Origin: Candidatus Thorarchaeota archaeon | Lineage (GTDB): Archaea; Asgardarchaeota; Thorarchaeia; Thorarchaeales; Thorarchaeaceae | Length of the DNA: 64,000 nt | NCBI GenBank assembly: GCA_011364985.1 | Contig: RDOC01000006.1 | Location: 1-64,000, forward strand | Direction: 5' to 3' | Shown: positions 39,495 to 49,265 of the stretch, in pieces | How positions within the stretch are numbered: position 1 is the first letter of the stretch | How the letters are laid out: every line of letters starts with the position of its first letter | Position numbers and translations under genes: made by a program | Notes under the pieces: model-generated | What the model was told of the DNA's origin: nothing | The model's database searches: none | The model's input: only the letters and a program-made list of their open reading frames with translations

Positions 39495-40133
39495 CTATTC
39501 CAGACCAGGTCCTTCTTCATCAACACCAAACCATCTGCCACATGCAGGACAGAGAGTGCCGTGGTGGGCATCCGTAGTAGAAAGATTTGCGAAGGTATGC
39601 CTGCCGCAATGAGGACAAGTCATATGTCGGTCATGGATAGATGCAAGTTCCTCGGTCCCCTTGCGTTCTTCTTCGAACTCGGCAGCAATATGCTTGCCAA
39701 GATATCCACTCACTAGTGACAGAATGATGAATGCGATTCCATAGAGTGCGATATCTGAAAGGAATGTCAGCGATATTGAAACTAGGACAATTAGAAGGAT
39801 CGGATCAACGACATAGGTCATGATCGCAAATGCTGCACCTTGGCCCGCAAAGCTTGTGCATGTTTGTCTAGGTTGTATATCCCATAATACAGCTGCGAGT
39901 ACGCTGTTCAAGGCTCCCAATATGGTGATGACGAGAATCGATAGCCCAAACATGATTACAATGAAACCTTCAAAGTCAACTGGGGATGAGATGAGCATTA
40001 CAATATCAAGTAGCCCAATGAATCCGACTGAAACAAGGGCGAATGGAAGTCCCTGAATGAAATATCGAGCAATCTCACTCTGGCGCTTGAATCCTTCCTG
40101 AGCATGATAGTAGTGCTTCCATTCCTCTTCCAA
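39495..40133 (-). CDS. membrane protein with C-terminal zinc ribbon
   Basis: Four to five TMs, then CPHCG...CPACG. Confidence 0.7.
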   Translation of the reverse strand: MEEEWKHYYHAQEGFKRQSEIARYFIQGLPFALVSVGFIGLLDIVMLISSPVDFEGFIVIMFGLSILVITILGALNSVLAAVLWDIQPRQTCTSFAGQGAAFAIMTYVVDPILLIVLVSISLTFLSDIALYGIAFIILSLVSGYLGKHIAAEFEEERKGTEELASIHDRHMTCPHCGRHTFANLSTTDAHHGTLCPACGRWFGVDEEGPGLE

Positions 40134-40221
40134 AGTTGAATCCTCCTATCATGAGATCCTCCAGTTATCCGTCTAAAAAGGTCTTCGAGTTCCTTGACAG
40201 GACCCTAGCAAAAAATACGTC

Positions 40222-40335
40222 ATGATGGTCGTCATTCTGGAGAACTATCAGAGAGAGGATGGCAGTGTTAAAATTCCAATGGCTCTACGCAAGTACCTGC
40301 CTTCCGGGATGAAGGAGATTGTGCCCAGAATCTAG
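40222..40335 (+). pseudogene. serS: orphan 3' fragment of seryl-tRNA synthetase
   Basis: MMVVILENYQREDGSVKIPMALRKYL matches the SerRS C-terminal ILENYQxxDGSVxIPxxLRxY motif; no upstream serS body. Confidence 0.8.
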
Positions 40336-40337
40336 AA

Positions 40338-41564
40338 TCACATACCTCCTTCGAGACTCATCTTTATTGCCTCATCAATGGAGCTCTGCAAAGCAGGTGG
40401 AAGATCTGGCACCTTGAGTTTGACAAAACCTCTGATGATAAGAGATGCTGCCTCTTCTTCATTAAGACCTCTGCTCATCAGATAGGTCAATTGGTCAGCT
40501 CCAACCTTACCCACCGTGGCTTCATGACTTAACTCAGCACCTTCAGCTTTGGCATGGAGCATTGGAATGGCGCGTATCGAAGCCTCATTGCTGATGAGTA
40601 GGCCATCACACTCAAGTCGTGCTTTTGTTTCACCTGACAACCCCACAAGATCACCTCTCGTAATGACTTCCGAGGCATCTGTCGCGATTGAACGTGAAAC
40701 CACTTTGCCATGGGTCCTAGGTGCCTCAAGGAAAAGCAGGCTTCCTATGTCATATGACGAACTCTGGCTACCATAGACAACTGAATAGTGGTCAGCCTTA
40801 GCGTTCATACCCACTAGGTGAACCTCAGGGTAGGTCTGAATGGATTTGACAGGACTGAGGATAGCATAACTCGATATGTGTGTACCCCCTTCTTCAACCA
40901 CAGTAGCCGACCGAGGTCGGACATCCATCATCTCACTCCAACGATGGACCATGGTGAAAGTCATCCGAGCCTTCTTCTTCACATAGAACTCCGAGATGCC
41001 AAGATGTAATGATTGTTCCACACCAGATGGGGTAGCACAACCTGTAATGATGTGAAGCTCAGAACCCTCTTCAGCAATCACAATGTTGTGAACGTTTTGA
41101 ACGGATTGATTCCTTTTCATTACCAGACAGCTTTGGACAGGCATCTGAATGCAAGCACCTGCCTTGGCCCGGATGAAATAGCCGTTGTAGTCAGTAATCT
41201 CGCTCCGAGCTGTGTACTTGTCTGTATCAACTGAAACAGCATTCCACAGATAGTCCTGTAACCAATCGTACTTTGACAGGGCTTCAGTGATGGGGAGAAT
41301 CTCAAGGCCTTCTTGCTTCAAGAGAACATCAGCAAAGATGCCCTCATTGTCAAATTGAAGGAAGGAACCAGATACTCCATCCTGAGAGGGATTAAAACCA
41401 ACATCCTTGACTAGGTCACGGTCACTCTCTGATATCTCGTCAAGTGACTCAATTTGGCCTGGGGCGGAGGAGTACGAATACTCCTCCAGATCCAAATCAG
41501 CTCCGTACTCAGCCTTCTTTTCCTTTGCCTTGATTGCACGTTTTCGAAGATCATCAGAATTCAT
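40338..41564 (-). CDS. sufB: SufB/SufD-family Fe-S scaffold (SmsB-like)
   Basis: DKYTA, GYFIRA, QNVHN, HLGISEFY, ECDGL and LSHEATVG motifs. Confidence 0.9.
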   Translation of the reverse strand: MNSDDLRKRAIKAKEKKAEYGADLDLEEYSYSSAPGQIESLDEISESDRDLVKDVGFNPSQDGVSGSFLQFDNEGIFADVLLKQEGLEILPITEALSKYDWLQDYLWNAVSVDTDKYTARSEITDYNGYFIRAKAGACIQMPVQSCLVMKRNQSVQNVHNIVIAEEGSELHIITGCATPSGVEQSLHLGISEFYVKKKARMTFTMVHRWSEMMDVRPRSATVVEEGGTHISSYAILSPVKSIQTYPEVHLVGMNAKADHYSVVYGSQSSSYDIGSLLFLEAPRTHGKVVSRSIATDASEVITRGDLVGLSGETKARLECDGLLISNEASIRAIPMLHAKAEGAELSHEATVGKVGADQLTYLMSRGLNEEEAASLIIRGFVKLKVPDLPPALQSSIDEAIKMSLEGGM

Positions 41565-41584
41565 TCATTCACATCCTCCAAGCG

Positions 41585-42355
41585 TTAGCGCATTACATCG
41601 GCCAGAAATCGATCATACCCTTTCTCTTCAAGAACTGGGATATCCCTCATATCTCCGGTGTAGGCAAGCCGTCCATTCTGCAGGATGTAAATACGGTCAA
41701 CTTCAAGATATTCCAGTACATATCGATGATGACTGATGATTACCAACGTTGTATCACCCTTTTCTCGAATTGCTTTCAATTCCTTGCCAACAATCCTAAG
41801 CGAATCGTAGTCTAGTCCACTATCAGGTTCATCAAGGAGCATAATTCGCGGACGCATTGAGAGGACTTGGAAGAGCTCGCTCCGTTTCGTTTCCCCACCA
41901 GAGAAGCCATCGTTAAGATCGCGTTTGGCAAGATTTCCTATACCCAGTCTATCAAAGTCCTCGTAAAGCTCGCTCTTGCATGAACAGCTCTCCCCCATGA
42001 AGTAATCGGATTCTGCTTTGCACTGGTAATCAGGACATATGCGGCAAATGAAATCAGCGAGTTTTACTCCAGAGATTATTGGAGGTGTCTGGAATGCATA
42101 TGCAATACCCAAACGAGCGCGTTCAGAGATCGACTTATCCAATATGGATTTGCCATCAAGGAGAATGTCGCCATCGACAACATCGTACTCAGGTAGACCC
42201 ATAATGGTCTTAGCCAGTGTTGATTTTCCAGACGCATTGGGACCTAATATGGCACTTACCTTACCGGATTCGAACTCGATTTCAACTCCGCTTAGAATCG
42301 GCAAGCCATTCACTTCAACTCGAAGGTCAGTTGTTTCAAGGATATTAGCACACAT
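41585..42355 (-). CDS. sufC: Fe-S assembly ATPase SufC (SmsC-like)
   Basis: GPNASGKSTL, FSGGETKRSE and LDEPDSGLD motifs. Confidence 0.92.
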   Translation of the reverse strand: MCANILETTDLRVEVNGLPILSGVEIEFESGKVSAILGPNASGKSTLAKTIMGLPEYDVVDGDILLDGKSILDKSISERARLGIAYAFQTPPIISGVKLADFICRICPDYQCKAESDYFMGESCSCKSELYEDFDRLGIGNLAKRDLNDGFSGGETKRSELFQVLSMRPRIMLLDEPDSGLDYDSLRIVGKELKAIREKGDTTLVIISHHRYVLEYLEVDRIYILQNGRLAYTGDMRDIPVLEEKGYDRFLADVMR

Positions 42356-42856
42356 CTTTACACCTGCCAGCAGTCATTCCATGCATTACTCTCGGTAACA
42401 ATTCCTTCTTTGTAAAGGATTTCGTTAGCACACTAAAATGACTGCAGCGGACACAGCACCATAGATATACTATGACCGGAGATTCCCCCTTAAGACGGAT
42501 GTAATCCTCACGTGTACGGTATCTGTTACTGGAAGACTGTGGACTCTGCTAATGCTGACTATGACGTTCTCAGCACAAGTGAAAGATGCTGCAAGAGCTT
42601 CGTTGAAACGGATAGAGATAAAGTGATTCAACTATTCGTGAAGAGGTACTATGGGAGAGGATAAGTAATCTCCTGTGTATTAACATTGGCCTGATGAAGA
42701 TAGACAGTCCATAGACTCCTAGCAGTCTTGGTTTCACAGACGGAAGCTTGTCGTTTTGAACAGCAATTACTAGTTTGGTGTCAAATATCAGTGACGATGA
42801 AGGCAAATAGTCGCCATGACCAACGCCATTATAAGGAAGATCATAGTATCAATCTT

Positions 42857-42870
42857 GGTAAAAGTTAACC
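42857..42870. promoter_or_regulatory. palindromic operator GGTAAAAGTTAACC
   Basis: Same motif as upstream of the ABC operon; lies about 11 nt upstream of TTTATA. Confidence 0.55.
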
Positions 42871-42932
42871 AAAACCCAACCTTTATAGCTGGGTTCGTAC
42901 GTAACTAAGGACTGTAAGACACGAGGACTACG

Positions 42933-43514
42933 ATGATGCTACTTTCAGTTCACGAAGCAGTTGTCTGGTGGGAATATCAACACGGAAAGCCCACTGGAGA
43001 GATTGCTAGTGAGTACGAAGACCCAAAGACAGCGCCACAATATGTGTTCAATCTCTTTGCTCAATCCGGAAAGCAGTCAGAGAGAGAAGGAGCAGAATCA
43101 ATTCAACTCAAAGATACCCAATATGTATCACGGGTGATCAATAGGGCGCGAAGCAAAATAGACAAGGCTCTCAGGAATCAGTCGAAGAGCCACAGACTTG
43201 ATGTCGAGAGTGTTCTTGAATCGAAAGGCTTACTCATTGGCTTTGATTACCAAGCTAACTCACAGGTATTCATAGTGTATACTATGAAGCTTGGTGTGGT
43301 GGTGTGGTATAAGCATGACTCCTATGCTGGGAAGCTGTGCCCGGAATGTCCCAAGTATGAGGAGTGTAGAGAAACCCTTGACACTGTCATGCAGGAGTAT
43401 GATATTGTGCTTCGGTCCGATGAGCAGGATCTTTTCATGACACAACAGTCAACTGCCATCTTCAACAAACTTGCAGCCAAAGAGGACCCCAGGTACAAGA
43501 GATCGGAGGGATAA
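42933..43514 (+). CDS. putative HTH regulator with Cys-rich metal site
   Basis: GKPTGEIA...TQYVSRVINRARSKI HTH-like segment; CPECPKYEEC. Confidence 0.65.
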   Translation: MMLLSVHEAVVWWEYQHGKPTGEIASEYEDPKTAPQYVFNLFAQSGKQSEREGAESIQLKDTQYVSRVINRARSKIDKALRNQSKSHRLDVESVLESKGLLIGFDYQANSQVFIVYTMKLGVVVWYKHDSYAGKLCPECPKYEECRETLDTVMQEYDIVLRSDEQDLFMTQQSTAIFNKLAAKEDPRYKRSEG

Positions 43515-43517
43515 TCA

Positions 43518-44300
43518 GTGCCAAAAGAAGTAATTGAAACAGTTATCAAACCCCCAATGGAAGATATTGCTAGTGGGAAGATATTCCGCCCTGACGTGCG
43601 ATTCAAGTACAAGATGTGGCTAAATATGGTCATGGGACCTTTAGCCCTGTACGTGTTTGCAATTGCTGGCTGGTTGGGAACAGCCTTCTTGGCCATCTTT
43701 TTCGAGTCCGCAGACCCCTTGGCCGGATTTGTACAGTACGCTGCAGACTGGCTGTGGCCGGTCACCTTCTGGTGGTGGGTCATCTTTCTAATCATCTGGA
43801 TCATCCCGGGTGCCATTCTTGTTCCAATTTACTTCAGATCCTTCTCTTACTCTGTGCTTTCGAAGAAGGGTGATGCTATGCCAGAGATCTTCACCCGAAA
43901 GGGAATCATCGATGTTACAGAACGACATGTACCATTCAGAACAATCACGAATATTTCCAGCCGCGCAGGGATTTTGGACAGACTGCTTGGGATAGGAAGT
44001 GTCGAGATTGAGACCGCAGGGACTTCAGTAAGAGGAACGGGCCAACCAGGGCCAGAGGAGAAGATCGAAGGCATTGTATTTTACGAGGAGCTTCGTGATT
44101 ATATCCTGCAGGAACTCAGGAAGTTTAGAGTCCCATACGTAACAGGCACCGAGGTGGTACATCGGGAGGAGAGTCCAATCCCATCCTTGGAGGGAAGTCT
44201 GGACGATGAGATTCTCTTGACCCTACGTCAAATCAGGGACAATATGGCACCACTACATGAGATTCTAAGATTACTAAAGGAGAAGGAGGAAGAAGAATGA
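43518..44300 (+). CDS. bPH_2 (YdbS-like) membrane protein 1
   Basis: Two TMs, then KGII...VPFRTITNI...GILDRLLGIGSVEIETAG. Confidence 0.85.
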   Translation: MPKEVIETVIKPPMEDIASGKIFRPDVRFKYKMWLNMVMGPLALYVFAIAGWLGTAFLAIFFESADPLAGFVQYAADWLWPVTFWWWVIFLIIWIIPGAILVPIYFRSFSYSVLSKKGDAMPEIFTRKGIIDVTERHVPFRTITNISSRAGILDRLLGIGSVEIETAGTSVRGTGQPGPEEKIEGIVFYEELRDYILQELRKFRVPYVTGTEVVHREESPIPSLEGSLDDEILLTLRQIRDNMAPLHEILRLLKEKEEEE

Positions 44301-45061
44301 CCAAGGAAATAGGAAATGGAAAAATCATCAGACCACCAATAGAGAAAATAGCAAGCGGAAGAGAGTTCAATCCGCATAGAAGAATGATATTCAAGGGGTG
44401 GACCGCATTTGGGCTTTTTTTCGCCTTTCTATGGACTGTTGGTTCTCTGTTTTGGACGGGCTTGTCCTACTTGATGTTTGTACTTGACGATGGCTGGGCA
44501 TTTGTGGTTTGGCTGGAGTACATCTGGTTCTGGTGGCCCTTGGGAACAATGTTCTACTGGGCAGTCATGCTTCCAGTATATGCTGTGATCATGATTGGCC
44601 TGTGGCTGTACGTCAAGAGGATAAGATACAGCTTGAGGTCTGAAAAGGGAGACCCAATGCCTGAGATCTTCGTTCGCAAGGGACTTCTGAATATTACTGA
44701 GAAACACGTCCCCTTCAGGACGATAACAAATCTAGCCTCCAGAGCAGGACCCCTAGACAGGTTGTTTGGTATTGGCAATGTGGAGATTCACACTGCCGGA
44801 TTCTCAGGTGGCACGCAGGCCGGTGGCAACACACCCGAGGAGCGGCTTGAGGGTTTGATCTTCTACGAGGAGCTCCGTGACTTCATCCTGCAGGAACTGC
44901 GAAGGTTCACGGGCACCTATGTGACGGGGACAGAGGTCTTAGCCCCTGCAGACATTGCTGAAAAGGTGAGCCCCAATCAAGCTGACAGCGAGATGCTAAT
45001 CACTCTTCGCCAGATTAGGGATGTACTCACAAAGCTGGAAAGGAAACTGGACAGGGAGTGA
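44297..45061 (+). CDS. bPH_2 membrane protein 2
   Basis: GPLDRLFGIGNVEIHTAG; ATGA overlap with the previous gene. Confidence 0.85.
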   Translation: MTKEIGNGKIIRPPIEKIASGREFNPHRRMIFKGWTAFGLFFAFLWTVGSLFWTGLSYLMFVLDDGWAFVVWLEYIWFWWPLGTMFYWAVMLPVYAVIMIGLWLYVKRIRYSLRSEKGDPMPEIFVRKGLLNITEKHVPFRTITNLASRAGPLDRLFGIGNVEIHTAGFSGGTQAGGNTPEERLEGLIFYEELRDFILQELRRFTGTYVTGTEVLAPADIAEKVSPNQADSEMLITLRQIRDVLTKLERKLDRE

Positions 45062-45798
45062 ATATGATGAATAGTGATGGAAAAGTGATAAAGCCGCCAT
45101 TAGAGGATGTACTCGCCGGAAGAACCTTTCGACCATCCAGAGCTTTCAGAAACAAGATGTGGTTCCTGGGAATATTCATTGCCATAGCCCTCTGGATGCT
45201 CATTCTTGGCACCTTTGCACTGACAGGATATCTGGTCTTTGTGGTAGTGGGTGTGGGCGGATGGTCATCCTTCTGGGCCTTCTATAATGGATGGTGGACC
45301 CTTCTCAATACGTGGTACTGGCTCATCACAGCAATCTGGCTTATTCCAGGAATCATCTGGGTCCCGATATATATCAATAGTATCGAATACTCGGTGATTG
45401 GCAAGTCCGGAGAGGCAATGCCAGAGATATACGTGAAGAAAGGAATCATCAACGTCACCAAGAAGCATGTACCAGTGCGAAACGTGACACATGTAAAATC
45501 TGTTGCAGGTCCCTTTGACCGTGCTTTCAAGATTGGAACGGTCGAGGTGGAAACTGCAGGGGCATCAGGAATCGAAACAGGAGGAGCTGCAGAAGAGCGA
45601 CTTGAGGGCATAGAGTTCTACGAGGAACTCCGCGATTTCATCATTAGAGAGATGCGACGGTTCAGAGGACCGTATGTTACAGGGACTGAGGTTCTTCAGC
45701 CAGAAGATGAAACAGTCATCAGAGTTGGTGGATCGATCGAGGAAGAAGTCCTCAGAGTACTGTACGAGATTCGTGAACTTCTAAGAGACCGCATCTAG
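45058..45798 (+). CDS. bPH_2 membrane protein 3
   Basis: GPFDRAFKIGTVEVETAG. Confidence 0.85.
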   Translation: MNMMNSDGKVIKPPLEDVLAGRTFRPSRAFRNKMWFLGIFIAIALWMLILGTFALTGYLVFVVVGVGGWSSFWAFYNGWWTLLNTWYWLITAIWLIPGIIWVPIYINSIEYSVIGKSGEAMPEIYVKKGIINVTKKHVPVRNVTHVKSVAGPFDRAFKIGTVEVETAGASGIETGGAAEERLEGIEFYEELRDFIIREMRRFRGPYVTGTEVLQPEDETVIRVGGSIEEEVLRVLYEIRELLRDRI

Positions 45799-45810
45799 AG
45801 TGAGAACAAG

Positions 45811-46557
45811 ATGGCCGAGGGGTCTGAACGAATCATCAAGCCGCCCGTAGAGGAATTTGAGGCTGGAAGAGTATTCAGGCCGCTCTCCACACTACGCCAC
45901 AAGAAATGGCTGAAGTCTATACTCACATCTGTTGCATTATACGCAGTCTTTCTCTTCTCCTTCTTCGGACCACCGTTAATCACTATTCTTGTTTTCGAGT
46001 TCATCCCGTTCAACCTCTTCTTTGTTAAGGAGGGCTGGTTCGTAGGGAGTCTGGTCTATTGGGGACTTACTCCATTCTGGCTCATCCCAGTTCTAATCTG
46101 GGCTCACTTCTATGTGAAAAACATAGAGTACTCTGTGGTTGGTTGGGAAGGGGATGCCATGCCAGAAATATACCAAAAGAAAGGCATTATCACCATTACC
46201 AAGAAGTTCGTCCCTTTCAAGAATATAACTCATGTAAAAAGTAGAGTTGGTGTCTTCGATCGTTTGTTTGGAATTGGTACCTTGAAGATTGAAACGGCAG
46301 GAAAGAGTGGAGGAATACAGCCCACCGGGATTCTTACCCTAATTCTCTCAAGGTTATTCAGTCAGAGCTCTGAGGAGAGTATAGAGGGAATAGCATTCTA
46401 TGAAGAACTCAAGCAGTTCATTCTAAAGGAACTACGATCCTTTGGAGATAGAGAGCTTAAACGAGGAACCGAAGGAAAAATATTCACAAGACAAACTCTA
46501 CGAGCATTCCAAGAGTTGCGAGATGTACTAAAAGAAAGCAAAGGTGGAAACCAATGA
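45811..46557 (+). CDS. bPH_2 membrane protein 4
   Basis: GVFDRLFGIGTLKIETAG. Confidence 0.85.
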   Translation: MAEGSERIIKPPVEEFEAGRVFRPLSTLRHKKWLKSILTSVALYAVFLFSFFGPPLITILVFEFIPFNLFFVKEGWFVGSLVYWGLTPFWLIPVLIWAHFYVKNIEYSVVGWEGDAMPEIYQKKGIITITKKFVPFKNITHVKSRVGVFDRLFGIGTLKIETAGKSGGIQPTGILTLILSRLFSQSSEESIEGIAFYEELKQFILKELRSFGDRELKRGTEGKIFTRQTLRAFQELRDVLKESKGGNQ

Positions 46558-46652
46558 GCGCTGGAAGACTGCTTGTGAATATCGTTATTCTGGCAATAGC
46601 ACTGATATTGTTCTTTGTTCTCCTGCTGAACTACTTGCACCTTCTAGGCTAG
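46554..46652 (+). CDS. 32-aa single-TM microprotein (not in ORF track)
   Basis: MSAGRLLVNIVILAIALILFFVLLLNYLHLLG; ATGA-coupled to bPH gene 4 with AGGTGG upstream. Confidence 0.6.
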   Translation: MSAGRLLVNIVILAIALILFFVLLLNYLHLLG

Positions 46653-46814
46653 TAGGAAAAGCTTGGGAACTTGTCCTCGTCTTGTCAGGATATGGACCAC
46701 ACTTGACTCAGTCCACGACTTCGATCTTTTCCTGATGCCAAACAAAACGAAAAACTAGTACACACCGCAGTTTGAGGGAATTCGTTTTCTCTCCTGCCCA
46801 ACCTAGGGCTCCAA

Positions 46815-47651
46815 TCAGAGGAAAACATTGTACTTGCTCAGCATTTGCGAGAATCTCTCCAAACTCTCATGGGCTCTTTCTCGCGGGCGAACCTCGAATA
46901 CATAGACTGCCTTTCTAGAAAGATTAGAAAGAAATCGAATGGCCGGTTCAAAATTAACTGTACCTTCTCCGACAACCTGATGCGAACCAGTCACCTCATC
47001 CTGATCATGAACATGAATGACGCTGATTGCATCCTTATGGCGACTGAACACATCTAAATCGCTTGCATTTGTTTCAGGGAAAAACATCTTCGGAATATCA
47101 AGACAGAGCTGCAGTCCACGTGGCACTAATTCATCAATGACCTCATGAACCAGAGATGTCCACAGATGATTCTCCAATACGATACTAACATCGGTCCCGC
47201 CAAACTCCATCAAATCCCACAAATTATCCCTAAGGGTATTCACATAGAAATCATGCCAGTGTTTCACAAATGTGCCTGACTTCTCTCCGGATAGTCTGAA
47301 GGAAGGAGGTCTTCCCGTGTGCACAACCACATTTGTTGGCCCAAAGCTGATATCTCGGGCGAACTGAATTATCTCTTTTAAATGCTGAATTATCGCGTTT
47401 CTTATCGAAGGATAAGCTGTGAATAGACTAATATCATCGCCAGGCGCATGCAGAGAAATCTCTACAGAGAGGTCCTTTGAAAACTCCTTAAGTTTCCTGC
47501 GGCTCGACTCTGAGAATTGATTTGGAAAGAATGTTGGTACGCTCAAATCAGGTACTATTACTGTCCAATCATTCCTGTAGGCATATTCTAGGGCGTCCTG
47601 AATGCTCTCATCGTATACAACATGATAGCCGCGTAGCGATGGATTTCTCAT
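46815..47651 (-). CDS. sugar phosphate isomerase/epimerase-like TIM-barrel protein
   Basis: SLHAP, VVHTG, LEN, CLDIP, IHVHD and HQVVGEG motifs. Confidence 0.85.
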   Translation of the reverse strand: MRNPSLRGYHVVYDESIQDALEYAYRNDWTVIVPDLSVPTFFPNQFSESSRRKLKEFSKDLSVEISLHAPGDDISLFTAYPSIRNAIIQHLKEIIQFARDISFGPTNVVVHTGRPPSFRLSGEKSGTFVKHWHDFYVNTLRDNLWDLMEFGGTDVSIVLENHLWTSLVHEVIDELVPRGLQLCLDIPKMFFPETNASDLDVFSRHKDAISVIHVHDQDEVTGSHQVVGEGTVNFEPAIRFLSNLSRKAVYVFEVRPRERAHESLERFSQMLSKYNVFL

Positions 47652-47716
47652 AATTATCAGTCATTCAGGGTTCCTTATGAGCGTACTCTAAGAAAAAGAG
47701 AAAACTGGTCCCCTCG

Positions 47717-49138
47717 TCATCGCTTGCGGAGGACCATCAAAATCACAATGATAAGTACAACTGCTCCCAAACTACCAATTAGGAGATAGCCAAGAGTGGG
47801 ATCAGGTAATGTCTGAGTTGTAGTTGTGGTGATGGTTGTCGACGTGGTTGTTGTGCTTGTCGAAGTTGTGGTTGTAGTTGTCGTTGTAGTAGTAGTGGTT
47901 GTGGTAGTAGTCGTGGTTGTAGTTGTCGGGGTTGTGAAGTCAGTTACGTTTATTGGATTTCCAAGTATGTAGCTTCTCATCATGGTGAAGATGTGAGTAT
48001 TGTCAATGGAGTAGCTTTCTGGCAAATCATTGAATGCATTGCCGTAAAGGAAGACAGGTACAGGCGTGGCTGTATGATCATTACTGGTCCAAGTCACGGT
48101 GACATTTTCAGCACGTTCTTCTCTCAGTGCACGATTATCAGCTTCAGTATTCGATTCAGACGGGAGTTCATCATTGAGGATATTACTGACCACGGTAAGA
48201 CCACCTGTTTCATGGTCAGATGTGACAATGAGAATTGTATCACTGTGCTCTTGCACGTACTGAAGAGAGATGTTAACTGCCTTATCGAAGGCAATTGTTT
48301 CAAGAGCAACGCCCACTTGATCGTTGTCATGGCCGGCCCAATCAATCTGGCCACCTTCAACCATGAGAAAGAAACCATCACTGTCCTGTGACAGAATCTG
48401 CAAGGATTTATTCGTCATCTCTTCCAGGGATGGTTCTGTGGAAAGAGGACGGAGCAATTCTTCAGTCATGTAGCTATCAGCAAATAGACCAAGAACCTTG
48501 CCACTCGTGACTGCGTCAAGCTCAGCTCGATTCCGAACAATGGTATATCCATTGGATTGCATTGTTGACTTCTGTGCCGAGCTCATCTGAGTATAGCCGC
48601 CACTAAGAACGATTTCTATGTCTTTCTCTTCGACTAGTTGGCGAGTGATTTCAGTATAATATCCTCGATCCTCGACATTTGCGTAAAATGCTGCTGGTGT
48701 TGCATGGTTGAATCTGGTTGTTGATATCAACCCTGTTGCCTTACCCATAGACTCAGCAATCTCTAAGATAGTTAGGAGGTCAGGATTTGTGGGCGTCATG
48801 CCAACCATACCGTTGTTTGTCTTATTGCCAGTAGCAATTGCAGTACCCGCCGCTGCAGAATCGGTGATTGCGGCGTCGGCACTGTAAGTAGTAGCAGACC
48901 AATTGTAAGAGAAAGTGTCCATCGTTAAGTTCTGACCAGGACCCACCTCGACCCATCTTGCCATCTTAATATGTTCGTAGCCCATTCCGTCACCAATCAT
49001 CAGGATAATGCTCACCCCAACACCCAGATCCATTTCTGGCTCATACGATGTAACGTTCAACACCGGGAGTGAAATAAGAATGGTCGAAAGAAGAAGCATT
49101 GCCATGACGTGCTTTCCAGTTATTCCTTGATGCGCCAT
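47717..49138 (-). CDS. phoA: membrane-anchored alkaline phosphatase
   Basis: IGDGMG, TDSAAAGTA, HATPAA, VEGGQIDWAGH and SDHETGG motifs; Thr-rich stalk and TM. Confidence 0.93.
   Translation of the reverse strand: MAHQGITGKHVMAMLLLSTILISLPVLNVTSYEPEMDLGVGVSIILMIGDGMGYEHIKMARWVEVGPGQNLTMDTFSYNWSATTYSADAAITDSAAAGTAIATGNKTNNGMVGMTPTNPDLLTILEIAESMGKATGLISTTRFNHATPAAFYANVEDRGYYTEITRQLVEEKDIEIVLSGGYTQMSSAQKSTMQSNGYTIVRNRAELDAVTSGKVLGLFADSYMTEELLRPLSTEPSLEEMTNKSLQILSQDSDGFFLMVEGGQIDWAGHDNDQVGVALETIAFDKAVNISLQYVQEHSDTILIVTSDHETGGLTVVSNILNDELPSESNTEADNRALREERAENVTVTWTSNDHTATPVPVFLYGNAFNDLPESYSIDNTHIFTMMRSYILGNPINVTDFTTPTTTTTTTTTTTTTTTTTTTTTSTSTTTTSTTITTTTTQTLPDPTLGYLLIGSLGAVVLIIVILMVLRKR
47812..47940 (-). 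repeat. low-complexity poly-Thr/Ser linker (ACN codon repeat)
   Basis: GTT/GTA/GTG triplet run on the + strand. Confidence 0.85.
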
Positions 49139-49265
49139 TATGAATCACTCGAATTCAATGCCAAAGGAATGCATAAAGAGGAGGATTCGTTGAAAACGGT
49201 TTTGGTAATGTCATAGGCACAAGTGAATCCCATGCGCATACATACGTGAAAAAATGTCGTCTGAG

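Noticed and set aside
42400-42830. Possible degenerate gene upstream of sufC
   Set aside because: Short broken frames with no recognisable family.
47812-47940. Triplet repeat as a CRISPR or satellite
   Set aside because: It encodes the Thr-rich stalk of alkaline phosphatase.
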